NCBI RefSeq assembly: GCF_009914755.1 | Contig: NC_060941.1 | Reading direction: 5' to 3' (one strand) | Length of the DNA: 64,000 bases | Source: the human T2T-CHM13v2.0 reference genome, Homo sapiens | In this document: piece by piece, positions 23,795-54,203 of the stretch | How positions within the stretch are numbered: position 1 is the first letter of the stretch | Layout: every line of letters begins with the position of its first letter | Made by a program: the position numbers and the translations under genes | The notes under the pieces: model-generated | Databases searched by the model: none | Told to the model about the DNA's origin: nothing | What the model saw: only the letters and a program-made list of their open reading frames with translations

Positions 23795-25181
23795 TCACAC
23801 AACTTTGGGTAATTTGCATATGAATAAGCCTTCATTTATATGCCATCATTCTTATCCTCTCTACACTGATTCCCTTTCTACACTGTCCTAAGTGTGGTAG
23901 AAGTGCTAATGATGAATTATTGAAGGCCATAATGAACGGCCATGAATACTTAATGACATCACGATATTAGTATTGCTGATGGATGGTATCTACAGACTTG
24001 TCCATCTCTCTGGAGACCTTAGGGAGGAGTGCGGGCTTTTTGTTCTTTTTGGGTTTAGACCTGAGATGAGGTGAGAGAGGTGACCAGCTGTCGTCTCGCT
24101 GTCTCCCTGGCTCCGGGTGCCTGGTTCTCTCTGGACTTCTGACGCCCTGGATTCTCTGTCCCCCGCTGACCACACTCGCTGTCCCCCTTACCTGAGATGG
24201 GGGAGCCGAACAGTCACCTTCCCTCCGGGCCTCGCCTTCTCAGGGCCTCTGGGAAGGAGCAGGCAGAAGGTGAAGGGAAAGAGAAGGGACGGAGAAGAGG
24301 GGGGAAGAGGAAGCAAGAATTTAAGAAAAAAAAGAAAGAAAGAAAGAAAAAGCTTAAAAAGGAGTAGGCGGGAGGCGGGGGCACGATGGTTCCCCAGACC
24401 ACCCCAGCCCAGGGGGGTTGTGTTCTGGGGATTCAGGAGGTCGAGGCACCCAGTCCGTGGTGAGCAGGGCCAGGTCTCCTTCCTTCCCAAGAGCACGGTG
24501 CGAGTGCCTTCCCCACAGCTCTCCCAGGTGTCTGTCTCCCTCACTCCCCCAGGGCCAGGACAGCGAGCAGGGAGCACGCCTTCCTCCTGGTCCCTCCCAG
24601 ACCCTCGCCAGGCTCAGCAGACCCCTCTCCTGTTGAGTTGCTCCTTCGGCAGGAGGTCAGCGTGGGTGAGAAGGGAGCAGAGGCCAGATGACCCTTCATG
24701 TCAGTTCAAGGAGAGGCCCCCAGGTCCTCCTCACGGGTTCCACTCCCCTCACCCTCCCAGTATCCATGAGCATCCCACCGCCACCAAGTGCAGGGCATCC
24801 AGGGGGTGGAGAGTGGATGGGCTTGAAGGGGAGTGGGTATGAGGTTTGGACAACCCCAGATGTGAAGAGTGTGTGTGTGTGTTGTGCACGTGGATTGCCT
24901 GTATGGTATTGCAGGGGAGAAGAGGATTTGGAAAAGGTGCAAGGAAATTGCAAGAATAGAAAATGAAAGAGGAAGTAGAAAGGTTTGCGGTATAAGAAGG
25001 GTGAGAGAAAGGGGAGTGGGGTTATGGAGGGATCTAGAAGAGAATAGTGGGGAGGGAAAGGGCAGGAATGGAAGGCAAGCCCATCACCCCAAAGCCCCTT
25101 CCCCATGTCTACCCCTCCCCCAACTCCAAAGAAGGAAATTAGGAGGCCACTGCGGATTATGTTTGGGTCATTTCCACATGC

Positions 25182-25187
25182 TTTATT
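25182..25187 (-). terminator. COL1A1: COL1A1 distal poly(A) signal AATAAA
   Basis: plus-strand tttatt about 1.4 kb after the stop; fits the longer mRNA. Confidence 0.88.
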
Positions 25188-25500
25188 CCAGCAATCAAAA
25201 TAATTAAAAACATCTCAAATTATTATACACATACAAAATAGGTACAGAGTCTTTTGCTTCCTCCCACCCCTAGGGGGAAAAACTGCTTTGTGCTTTGGGA
25301 AGTTGTCTCTGAAACCCGGGGACAGAGGACGCAGGACAGACTAGGAGGGAGCCGGGAGGATGGGCTGCAGCTGTGGAGGAGGGTTTCAGAGGAGAGAGGT
25401 CGGAGAGCAGAGGCCTGAGAAGCCAGAGGCAGGTGGAGAGAGGGTGGAAAGTGAGCAGCGGGCTGGGCTGGAGCCGCACACGCTCTCCTCCCATGTTAAA

Positions 25501-25774
25501 TAGCACCTTTAGAAAAATTCACAAGTCCCCATCCACAAAAAAAAAAAAAAAAAAAGAAAAATATCAAGGAATAAAAATAGACTTTGAACAAAAAGGAACA
25601 TTTGCTGGCCTGGGGGGGCATCTCAATTTCTATAGCACCAGTGATTCCCTCCCCACCCCACCCATCACATAGATGTAGCACCTTTGGTATAAAATGGGGA
25701 GCCGCTTCCACCCTGCCCCCATCCCCGCCCCCAGGCAGTTGCCCCGGTGACACATCAAGACAAGAACGAGGTAG
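25501..25774 (-). promoter_or_regulatory. COL1A1: COL1A1 3'UTR miRNA sites: three miR-29 seed matches and one let-7 seed match
   Basis: TGGTGCTA at 25640-25633, GGTGCTA at 25682-25676 and 25507-25501; CTACCTC at 25774-25768. Confidence 0.85.
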
Positions 25775-26311
25775 TCTTTCAGCAACACAGTTACACAAGG
25801 AACAGAACAGTCTCTCCCGCCCAGCCCTGCGGCACAAGGGATTGACACGCGTTCCCCAAATCCGATGTTTCTGCTTTGTCGTGCTTGGCCCTTCCTGACT
25901 CTCCTCCGAACCCAGTGAGGGGCTGGTGGCTCCCCCGGCATGACCCCCTCAAAAACGAAGGGGAGATGTTGCAAGAGCCATGGGAGCGCCAGATGGCAAG
26001 GCTTCTTTGGCAGTCTGAGAACCCCAGGTCCCCCAGGGCCTGGGGGTGCTGGGCGGGCAGGAGCGGGCTGAGGGTGGGGGCCACTTGGGTGTTTGAGCAT
26101 TGCCTTTGATTGCTGGGCAGACAATACATTGTTTCCTGTGTCTTCTGGGGAGACAGATTTGGGAAGGAGTGGAGGGGAGGCCCCAAGGGGGGTGTGGAGA
26201 AAGGAGCAGAAAGGGCAGCATTGGGGTTTCATAAGCCCAACGGGCAGAAAGGGACTTACCCCCGCATGGGTCTTCAAGCAAGTGGACCAAGCTTCCTTTT
26301 TTAAAAAGTTA

Positions 26312-26321
26312 TTTATTTATT
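26312..26321 (-). terminator. COL1A1: COL1A1 proximal poly(A) signals (overlapping AATAAATAAA)
   Basis: plus-strand tttatttatt about 250 nt after the stop; fits the shorter COL1A1 mRNA. Confidence 0.85.
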
Positions 26322-26527
26322 CTTTTTTTTTTTTTTTTTTTTTGGTAAGGTTGAATGCACTTTTGGTTTTTGGTCATGTTCGGTTGGTCAAAGATAAAAA
26401 CTAAGTTTGAGAGATGAATGCAAAGGAAAAAAATATTTTCCAAAGTCCATGTGAAATTGTCTCCCATTTTTTGGCTTTTGAGGGGGTTCAGTTTGGGTTG
26501 CTTGTCTGTTTCCGGGTTGGGGGGAAA

Positions 26528-26566
26528 GTTGGTTGGGTGGGAGGGAGCCAGGTTGGGATGGAGGGA
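26528..26566 (-). promoter_or_regulatory. COL1A1: C-rich 3'UTR stability element (poly(C)-binding protein/alphaCP site)
   Basis: CUCCCUCCAUCCCAACCUGGCUCCCUCCCACCCAACC immediately after the stop codon. Confidence 0.7.
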
Positions 26567-26568
26567 GT

Positions 26569-42800
<16,232 letters not shown>

Positions 42801-44419
42801 CCCCCAATTTGGGAGTTGGAATGGAGAGGGGGAGGAGGAGGGAAGGGAGTCCACCCCACATCTCCCCTCTTCGCAGCTCTGCCTCCCCAGCCCCCCAGCC
42901 CAGCCTGGGCCAGAGGTGCTGTGGTAGGGGTGCAGCTGGGTCCTCAGAATGGCGTGGGCTAACCAGTGGGTAGGGGTGCCCCTCTGCTCTCTTCCTGGGA
43001 CCTCCAATCTAGAAGAAGTGGAACTGGGGAACTGGGGAGCTGGGTGGGGAGACTTCCAAAGGTGGAAGGGTTGGGGGTGTTGGGGAGGGGGTCCTCCTGG
43101 CTGTGCCCCAGTCACCCTCTGATATCCTGGCAAGAGCTAAGGGAGGGGCATAAAGAGGCATGCTGAGGACCTCTCCAAAACAGAGGAAGCTGGGAATTAA
43201 AAAGATGTGCCTGTTTGGGGGTGTCTTCTGGTGTGGCTAGGGGATGGAGCTTAGGAATATTTGGGGAACAATTTACAGATTCCTTTCTAGACATTAAGAA
43301 TCAGATATCTGAGGGAGGGGTGCAGGCAAGGGAGTTTTAATTTTGAGGATGTCAATTCTTCTGCTGTGCTCCAGAACAGAATCAAATGCCTTCCTCCAAA
43401 CCCTAGGCATGATTGAGAGATGGAGTGGGGAGGCTGAGGTGCAGGGTGAGAAACATGACTAGGTGGCCTCTGCAGAAGAAAGCTTTGGTGGTTGGGTGAT
43501 GGAGCAGCCAAGGTAGGGGTGGGGGATTCTAGGGACACAGAGGTGGGGATTGGGGCTTGCAATCCCCTAAAAATTCATCCCCCAAACTCTTCCACCCCAG
43601 AGTTGGGAAGTATTTTTAGTGGGAGGCCTGTGATCATTGGTGACTTAGAGAAGAGTTTTGTTTGCCATGGCTGTGGCCAGGGGCTGCTTAGAGACCCTCC
43701 TTCCCAGCACAGTCAAACCAGAGAGAACCTGGGTGGAGGGAGGGCACTTAGCTAAAGGGGTGTCTTTCTGGGAGCTGCATAAAGCCCCTTCTCCAGTTGT
43801 ACCTGGACTCAGTGTTGGGGATGTATGGGATATTTTGGGTGTCTGGGTGAAACTTTCCTTTGGGGGTGTGGGATGGGCTGCAGAGGATGATTGACTTTGT
43901 TTTAGGGGCTACTTCCCACTGCCTCATCTCTTTCTTGAAAATCCCGGTCATTGCTCTATGCCTTAGGAACCAGAGAGAATCATCTGTACACTCTGAAAGG
44001 GTCTGGGGACCCGAAGGACAGCAGGCTATATCTAAGGAAGATGGCTCTAGAACTCCACGTCCTTTCTTCCTCCATGTCCCATTCCCCCAACAAGGCTCTG
44101 CCTCAACCCCAATCTACCTCGTCCTGAGAAACTCTGTAGGGCTGAGAGAAGGCCTGGGGGTCTCCTTGCAGTGCCCTGTTCATTTCTCTCCCTCCTGTGC
44201 AGCTCCCCACCCCGGGTGCTCCAGAGCTGCAAACGTGGAAGCGGGGAGTCCCGCCTCCCCCAAACCATCCAAGATTCCATTGCCTCCCCCCGCCCCTCTC
44301 CACGCCCTCCCCCAGCTGGTTTTGTGCAACGAAGGCAAAGGGGAAAAAAAAGGAACAGAAGGGGAGGGAGCCACGTCGGCTGGCCGGCTGGCCGTGGGCA
44401 GCCAGGATGAGCGGTGCGG

Positions 44420-44480
44420 GTGGGGCAGCAGAGGGAGACTGCAGGGGCTATAATTAAAGGGAAAATATAGAGTTTCCAGA
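44420..44480 (-). promoter_or_regulatory. COL1A1: Upstream homeodomain-type TAATTA element, candidate osteoblast enhancer about -1.77 kb
   Basis: Isolated TAATTA (44451-44456) in GC-rich context; position agrees with the TAAT-containing rodent Col1a1 bone element (recalled). Confidence 0.6.
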
Positions 44481-47423
44481 GAGGCAGGGCTGGAGACAGC
44501 AATGGAGGGATGGACCTTCATCAATTATCCCGACCATGTGGCAGCAACTTGTGGCCCAGGGTCTGCCCCCGCCTAGTGCCAGCGACTGCAGGGCAGGACT
44601 AGGGGGCTGAGGTGCTGAGATGGCAGTTCTTGAACCCACCAAAGTCCTGCCCCCTACTGTGGGTCAGTTCCAAGAGACCCCCTCCCTAATAGGCGACAGG
44701 GGTCCTGTTTTTGGAGGGAACAGACATTTAGAGTGGTGGTCTAGGGCAGGGTGCCGCAGGGCTTGGTAGTATGAGGGTTAGTGACCTGTCCACTTCCTTG
44801 CTTCTTGGGTTTTCGTAGTAAGAAGGGCTCCTGCCTGCAGCTCCCCGCCCCTCCCCATATGTTTCCCATCCAGGCTTTCCCACGCCCATCTTAAAGAAGA
44901 GTTGAAACCTCCAAGGTGTGAATTGGGGGTTGCTACATCATGGGCCTGGGGTTCTGAAGGATATTTGGGGATCCCTGGCTTTGGAGTTTTGTGTGCCTGG
45001 CGTGTGACAGCCACCACCCCAATGTCCAGTTCCAGGCCTTCCTCCCAGGGGCCGAGGCAGACAGTTTCCAAGCATCCTTTACACGTGGCATGGAGCTGAG
45101 GCTCAAGGCCTCCCCTGCCACTCTTCGACTTAAAACGCTTGGCGGGTGCCCAGGCTGAAGATGTGTCTTTAATTTCTGCAGTATGACAGTGAGAGGAAGA
45201 ATGTGCTTGGGGTCTCCTCCCAGCCTGGCTGGGCCTTCCTGGCCAGGATTGAGGGCTGCAGACTGGGGGGATGGGGGGTGGGAGGAGGAGGGAGCTTGTG
45301 CCTGTGAGAGGAGGAGACGCCACCTCATCTTTAGGAAACTCTGAAGCTCTGGCTTCTTGTGGAATGTAAGACTTTGTCCGGCACTTAAAGTGGGGGGGAG
45401 CAAAAGCCAAAATCTCCTCCCCACACCCCCAAGAAATGGTAAAGTCATCAGCAGTTAGGGAAAAAAAATTCCTTAAGAAGAAAAACAGAAAGAGGAAAGT
45501 GCTGAGCTTGAGTTCTCTCCTTCTCCAAATTTCCCCAAGTGCCCCCCTCCAACACCAAAGAAGGAGGGAAAAGGCCCCCACCCTCAGAGCTCCTCAGGTG
45601 CCCCATCTGGACTCCATGGTATGGGACAAAGGAGGAGAACACACCTGGAAGAGGTAGCCCAGGTGTTGTGCACCTGGTGGGGGGCATGCACCCCTGCCCT
45701 GCACATCGGGGTCACCCTTTCCAGCTGCTGCAGCCCCCAGTTGAGGTTCTGTTGCTCTTCCCCCAACTCCAATTCTCCAGAACGCTTCTCTGCTCCCACC
45801 TCTAGCCCTAGACTGATGATAAAGAGGGGGTTCCTAGGAGAGGGTCTGAGGAGACAGAAGGGCGGGGTCTAAGAGTGGGGGTGCAGTGAAGACCCCAGGA
45901 TGAAGCTCTCCATGAGTCTCTATCATGGAGCCCTGCACAGTTCCTGTTGAGGGAGCCTGGAGCAGAGTCTGGGGATAGACCCCGGGTGTGTGCAGGCCCT
46001 TCTTCTTCCCTCGCTTTAGCATTGCACAGTCGGAGCCCTTTGCTAGGTTCCTCAGCTTCCAGGTACAGCTCTGCTCTTCTATGCCTTAGCCCCAAACCCA
46101 AGTCCTCCAGCCTCCTAGGATTTCCCTCTCTCCCTTCCTCCCTCCTTCCTTCCTTTCCAGGGTTAGGGGGAAGATGATGAAGTAGGTTTTGTCCATGCTG
46201 AGTGTTTGAAGCCTGTGAGACATCCAATTAGAAATACGGAGGAAACCCTTGGGCACTTGGGTCAGGAGTTCAGAGGAGAGACAAATGTGGGTCCCAGGAT
46301 GATGGTAACTGAAGCTGGGGTTGTGGATGGTGTTGTCTCAGAGAAAGCATGGAGGGAGGGAGTGTGGAGGGGCTGGCACTGAGCCTCGGGGACCCTCAGG
46401 GTGTAAGGGCTGGGTGGAGGAGGAGGAGATAGGGCAAGAGTGGCCAGAGAAGGAGGGCTGGGTGAGAGGGATTGGGGGGTCATGAGTGCAGAGGAAAGAG
46501 ATGGTACTAGAAGGAAGGAGAGTTATATGCTGCAGAGAGAACTAGTATGGTAAGGAGTAAAATGTTCCCTGGACTTAGCAGAATGGTGGTGACTGATCCC
46601 CGCAGCGTGAGCTGCTGTGGTGGAGAGATGGACAAGGAAGCCGGACTGGAGTGGGCTAAGGAGTGTGTGGGAGGCCAGGAAGCAAGGTCAGAGGGCAGCG
46701 ACTGGGAGGAGGAGTCTGGCTGTGGCAGGAGTCTAGAGAGGCATCTGTCCCCTGCTCTTTCTCTTTCTTCCCAGCCCGGATCCTGCGTTCCTTTCAGGCC
46801 CCTGCATCCCTCCTCTGTCTTCCAAGTTTCTTCGCTGCTTTCTCCATCCCCCTCTGTCTCCAGAGCTCCTTTTCTGGATCTCATTTGCCTCTTTTGCTCT
46901 CCTTCCCCCTTTCCTTTTCTTTCCAGGTGACCCGAGCCCTCAAATGTCCATAGCCAGGCCCAGCCTCCCCCTCATTCTCCCCTAGAACAAGCCCTCATTC
47001 CAGGCTCTTGAAGATGAACTTTGTTTTCTAGTCCTGGACGGATCCCACCCCATTCTCTGACCGCTGCCTCCACCACCCCCACCCCAGTCCTAGGAGGAGA
47101 ACTTGGGAGCTGGAGAGAGAAGGGCTGGGGGTATGGCCCCAGGTGACACGAGGTCTGTCATGGCCCCAGCTCCCAAGCCCTCTCCAGCCACCCCACCAGG
47201 TCCCAGCCAGGCCCCAGCTGAGAATAATGCACTGGATGGGGGATGTTGTTGAGTTAGGGGACCCCAGTTCTCACTGCTGCTCTCTGGTAGTCAGAAGTGA
47301 GGGGTCAGCCCCATCTTTCCTGCTGGAGTGAGCTCCCAGCTGGGTAGCTGGCAGCTTTTCTGTCATATCCCTCCCTGCTCCTGATGTCTGGAGGCAGTGT
47401 AGTTCTTCTTAAAAGTTGGCTTG

Positions 47424-47825
<402 letters not shown>

Positions 47826-48634
47826 TTATCCCATTTGCTTTTCTCCATTCCTTTCTTCCTTTCTTTCTTCTATTCATTTACCTTTTCTCTCCCCCACCCC
47901 CAACCTCTCTCCCTTCAAATTTTTCTCTTCATGCGTTTTTCTTCCTTTTCTTAGTTTTTTTTTTCCTTTCCTTTTCTTTCCTCGGTCTCTGACCCGTTGT
48001 CCCACCTCTCCACCCACATACTTTTTTCCCCCTCCCTCTTTTCCTCTCTTATTCTCTTCCGGTATCTCCTCTTCCCCAGTCCCCGGTTCTCTGGTGCCCA
48101 TCCTGGGGTATGGCGCTCTGCCGGGTCTCCTCATGCTGTAGGCGGGCGTGCAGCCTTCGTGAGCTGCTCCAGGGGAGAAAGGGCAGCAGCCATAGGGGGC
48201 GTGGCCGGGGGGCGGGTGGTGCAGGGCTCGCATCACAGCCAGATGTCTGGTTGCCGTGTTGTGTTTGGGAGATAAATGCCAGGGTTCCTTTGAATCCTGA
48301 ATTTAAATAAAAGAAGGGGGGTGCTGAGGAGAAGCCTCTGTTGGGCAGAGGTACCTTCCAGATCTTGATCTCCTTCCTTGATACCCACCCCCCACAACCC
48401 CCACCCCAGGGAAGTTTTGGCCACCGATGTCTTCTGTCTTCTGCTTCTGCCCCAGCCACGAGTTCTTCCTCCTGGCAAACTTGAGATTCTGGAGTTTCAG
48501 GGCGGGGTGTTGGGCAGGGGTCCTGGCAGGGGCCCCTTTGGACAGTCTGGCTCGGACACAGAAAGGATCCTGTATGGATAACATGACCTTGCCTTCTTCC
48601 CAAAAGCCACCCCCACCCCATTTTGCTAAGGAGC

Positions 48635-49475
48635 TACATTCATTTGCTGATAAATTCATGCAACAATAGTCACGTGCCAGGCACTTTGCTGGGTACTGGG
48701 CATTCAATGGTGAGCAGCACAGACCCTGTGTCTGCCTGATGGAGTTTGTGTCTGGTAAAGACACAGACAGCAATGAAATCACATGAATAAACGTGGAGGT
48801 GCAACCATTAAGGTTACTAAGAAGAAGAATGCAGAGCTTTGAATGGGCAGACATGGCAGAGGGTCTGCTCTAGTCCTGGAGCCCTAGGAAGGCTTCCCTG
48901 GGTAGGCTGATGGGAAAAGGATAGGAGGCAGGGTGGATAGTGATGGGACCACATATGCAAAGGCAGGAGGGGGCATGGCGAGTGCTGGATGCCCAAGGAA
49001 TTCAGGGAAGGCCAGTGTGGCTGGAGCACCACAGGCAAAGGCTGGGCGGGCCAGAGAAGCCCCGTCACAGGTGTAGTTTGCCTCCTTTCAGCTATGGGCC
49101 CCAGCAGAGGGCCTGACGCAGGGGAGGGTCACAATCAGGTCTGCATTTGTAAAAGAAAGCCATGGGCACTCCATGGAGTAGGTACCTGCGGGAGGAGGGC
49201 TGTGGTCAAAGGTGGAGGAGCAGCTGAGAGGCTGCTATACTTGCCCAGGTGAGGGGCTTGGATCCGGTAGGTGGGAATGGAGACAGAGAGAAGAGGATGG
49301 GCTTGAGAGCCCTTTGGGAAGCAAAATTTACAGGTGCTGGGGTTGGATTGGATGTGGGGTGGGGTTGGTGAGGAACAGGGATGATCCCGGGCTTCTGGCT
49401 GGGCAAGGACCCTGCTTGGGGGACAATATGCTGAGTTTGGTGCCTGTTGCCGGCCCTGTAGTTGATCCTTTTCAC
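48635..49475 (-). mobile_element. L2 fragment
   Basis: cattcattt...gtgccaggcactttgctgggtactggg...cagaccctgtgtctgcctgatggagttt. Confidence 0.75.
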
Positions 49476-52400
49476 TGAGTGGTTACTTCAGGCCTTCTGG
49501 GGCCAGCCGTGTGCTGGGGAGAGCTCTGGGGACAATAGCTCCTATTCTGGGAGAGTGGGGAGCCAGGAAGAGGAATAAAACACACACAAAAATGCCCCTC
49601 CCTTGAGGCAGCACTGGCTGTGTGATTTTGAGTAAATGCTCCATCTCGGAACTTCATTTCCCCAGTCTGTGAACTGGGGTAGTAGTGAGACCATCTTGCT
49701 GGTCTATGTCTTGCTCAGTAAATGGAAGCCTCTGGACACAAAGGATGATGGGAGTGCCAATGAGAGATAAGGAAGGCTGCACGGAGGAGGCAGCTTTCCA
49801 GCCAGGCTTGGGAGGGTGGGTGACAGGGTTCAAATGCAGGGTTTAAGTGGGAGGAAAGGCACCGCCCAGCCTGGGAAGCTTGACATAGATTGAGTGAGAG
49901 ACAGACAGACAGAAAGAGAGATAAGGCCATAGGCAGAGGAAGATAAGGCTGGAAAAGTAGGCTGGGGCCAACTTCTGGAGGCCTGGGATTCTGGGGGAAG
50001 GAGTTATACTCAGTGGTGGCCATAGAGAGTTGGTGACTGCCTTTGAGAGGAGAATGGTTGTGATCCTTTTGCCGAGAACTCACCCAGAGGACTTATACCT
50101 TGGTGACAGCAGAAGGACTCAAGTTAGAAGGCCAGGGCCCTTAAAGGGAGGGGACGATTCGAGGAAAGTATAGGTGGGTTGGGAGGAATTCATGGATATG
50201 GAGATGAACAAACAAATGGGGCCGGGAGCAGGTAAAGAGGTAGACCAGATAACACCTCCAGAGTTGCGGTTTGACCTCTGCTGGATCTCGGAGCTTTAGA
50301 GTCTCTAGGTGGAAATATCACAGAATAAGAGACATTCTGCTAGAAGGAAATTTCGAGTTTATTCCTTTCTTCCCTCCTTTTACAGATTAGAAAACTGAGG
50401 CCCAGAGAAGGAAAGTAGCTGCCAGAGGTCACACAGCTAGGATTGAGGGATCAGAGGTAAGAACCCTATGACACTTCAAGAGCCCAGGCGGTTAGGGCTG
50501 GGGAGCTCGCAGGGCCAGGGAGGTCACTGAGGATGGCGGCGACAGCATGACACGGGGATCCCACATAATCCCAGTTGGTCCTGGGAGGACAGCCCAGGAG
50601 AGCTGCTCCCCAACTCTCAGCTGAGCCATGTGGCCAGAGGGGGAAGGGAGCCTGGTGGGCAGGGAGGAACTGCCACATGGAAAAGCCTTGATGGGAACCA
50701 TCTGGCCTGGGCGGGCGGAATGTGGGCTGCAGGGAGGGGAGGAGCAGGAGACGGGAAGGAGGCCATGGTGGGCGGGTGGATGGCGGGTTTGGGCTGGGAG
50801 TGGCCTGACCCGGAGGCCCCTACCTTCCAGACTGCTGCAGCCCAGATGCCTTCGCAGCCATGGCCTGGCCCATCCAACCCGCTGACCTCATTCCCAGCTC
50901 CCCTCTCTTGCAAGCTCCCCCCTTGCCTGCCACGTAGACTGGAGGCTTAGCTGCATCTTCGCTGGAGGGAGGAAGAGCAGAACACAGAGGCCCTGAGCCC
51001 AGAGCTCTGCTGGGTCAGACTGGCCTGGGGAGAGCAGCTGTGTTCCTCCAGCGCCCCCCAAGACCAGGCTGGGCCTCAGTTTGCCCTCCTCAAACCTCCT
51101 CAAACCTGAGGCCCAGAAGGTGGAGGGGACAGAGGTCATGGGAGAAGCATGACAATGAAGTGGGTTGGAGTGGGTGAGAATCACGTGGGGGCTCTGAGGT
51201 CATTGTAGCCATCCCCCTGCCTCCTCAGGGCAGGAGGGTGCTAGGATCAGACCCAGAAAGGGACAGGGGCAGGACATTCCTCCTCTTTTCAAGCATTCAC
51301 AAGAAGCAGAGTTCCATGGTGGTCTAGGAGGGGGTCCTTTGTAAGATCTAGTCTTCCTCCTTCTGCTGTGTGAGGACCACAGTATGTGGCTAGGACGAGG
51401 TGGGCGGTACGCTGTCTTCCGTCTCTCAGCTGCTCTCAGGGACCTTCGCTTCAATCCTGTCTCCAGGCTCTGCCTCTGACCCCTGCCTCCCCCTCGCTTT
51501 GCTTCCCTGCCCCCCAGGGTCCTGGGTCTCCAGCTGCCCCAGTTGAACAGGGGGCTGTCCCCTGCGGCTCTCAAGGCGTTCCGGGGCTGTGAGTCATCGG
51601 GAATGTCTGTTCTGACTGCGGCTTCCCTCTCCTGACGTGGACCCTCTTTCTCCTCCTCCCCCACACTCAGGGAGAGGGTGCCCCTCCCAGGCAGGGGGCT
51701 CTGAAGTGGGGGAGGAAGCCACAGGCAGGCCTGGGATGAGGTCTTGCTCCCCGATTGCCATCGGAAGGAGGCTTCGAAGACTTGCACGCCCCTCACCCAG
51801 ATTCTACCTTCCCAAGGCAGATAGAATTCCCTGACTTTCTCCCATTTCCCAGGTGGGGACACTGAGGAGAGGCGGGGAGGGGAGGGCCTGAACTTGGGTG
51901 GGCCCAGGTTCACCCACTCCCTTTTAGGGCTCAGCTTTGTCAGACTGGGAATCTGCCCAAGTGTCCTTCTGAAGGGCCCTCCCCGCATTCGAGGCTGGAT
52001 CTGGCAGAAAAGCTGGAGAGGCTCTGCTGCCCGCTCCAGGGATGACACGTCTCTGCTGGGTGGGGAGTCCACGTCCGCAGAAAAAGGGGAGGCCACGTGT
52101 CTGGACCCTTCCCGCAGAGCCCCTGTGCCCTGCAAGGCTGCCTGCCACCCCCCTCCTTCTCTCCCTCCTCTCCCCAGCAGCCCTGGCCTGCCCCCTCCCT
52201 CTGATCTCAAGAAATAGCTGGGGGGTCGGGGGAGGGGACACTGAAGGGAAGACCAAGCTAGGAAAAGCTCCTCTCCACCCCCTCCCAGCATGTCTGGGCA
52301 TTTCACTCCCCACCAATGAGCCTCAGTTTCCTCAACTGGAAAATAAGGGGGATGAACAGAAAAAGTCTCTACCCATGGGTGAGTCTATGATCCTGTCTCT

Positions 52401-53780
52401 GCACAGTCAGATAGACTCAGGCACTCACACCCACTCAAACCCACCTGTGCTCTCAGGCACGTTCATTCATTCACACATTCACCGATGCACACTTACACAC
52501 ACATCTACACGCACATGTGGCCCTCTGCCTATTTTGGGTACAGCAGATCCCCACAATTTCTGTTTCCCTCTTTCTGACAGCCCACCATTTCTTCTCTCAT
52601 TCCAATCATACCTCCCCCAGCCCCCACCCCACCCCCTTTAGCCACCCTCTTTACATTTCTCTACTCCTGGTTCTCCTCCTCTTGAGGTCACTGGCAGGGC
52701 AGTGAGATTTGAACTTCAGAGTATCAGACCTCTGACCTTGCCAAAGACCACTCTGACTATGCCCTAAGGCTCTTTCTGAGTTTTGGGTGGGAGGGAGTCT
52801 GAGTGAGGAGAGAGAATAGAGCTGAGAAAGGCTGGTTCTTTCCTACCCAGCTGGGGACCTGCAAAAGGGTGCCCTTCACTTGTCTTTCCTGAACATTATG
52901 AACATTCGCTTTCCAACAAAGTCTGTCCCACTGACATCCGGAGGCCTCCTCTGAAGTGCGATCATTTTAGCAGCTTGTCCTGGCTGTTGCCCCAGGTTGC
53001 ACCCTTCTAGGAACTTCCGCCTGAGGGAGACTGGTCAGAGCTCAGGAGGGACTGTTCCAGGGGATGAGATATCTGCTGGCCAGGAAAGGCATGGGAACTG
53101 GGCAGCGGAGCACACCCTCCGGACCTGGCCCAACTTCAGAATAACAACAAATGATTGTGCCAGGCTCTGCCGTAAGTACTTTACACCTTTGTACTCCTCC
53201 AAAAGCCCTCTGAGATGGGTGCTCCAATTGTCTCCAATTTCAAAGGAGGAAAGAGAGGCACAGAGAAGTCAAGTCAGTTGCCTGAAGTCACAAAGCTAGC
53301 AAGTGGCTGAGCTGGAATTCAAACCCAGGCAGCCTGGCTTATCTGTTACTCCCAGCTGGTCCAAGGGACCCGGGATGGTCCAAGGGATGCCCTCCCCCTT
53401 CATCTAAAGAAGTGGCTATTTGCATAAACAGGCTTCCATCTGTGTGCATGCATGGAAAGGATCACGGGATGACGTGGCTGGAAACCGACCACAGGCACCA
53501 CCAGTAGTTGGAAAGATCAGAACAGAGCTGCCTCCCTCCCTTTTGCTGGAGAACTATTGTGAGCTGACCACCACACACACGACATCTCCTTTAATCCTCA
53601 CAACAGCTCTGGGACGTCAGCCTTAATATCTCTATTTTATAGCTGTAGAGTCAGAAGGGCCGAGGCGTTGTGCAAGATCCCCTTTCTCAAGCTCAGAAAG
53701 AACCCAGGTGTCCTGACAGCCAGATCAGGCTTCTCTCATTGATCCACACATCCCCTATTTCCAAATCTACATGGCTTCTA

Positions 53781-54203
<423 letters not shown>

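Noticed and set aside
44778-45581. 267-aa minus-strand ORF upstream of COL1A1 (and 24117-24842 plus)
   Set aside because: No domain, low-complexity segments, expected by chance in GC-rich DNA
53358-53388. 12-nt direct repeat tggtccaaggga
   Set aside because: Short local duplication with no further structure
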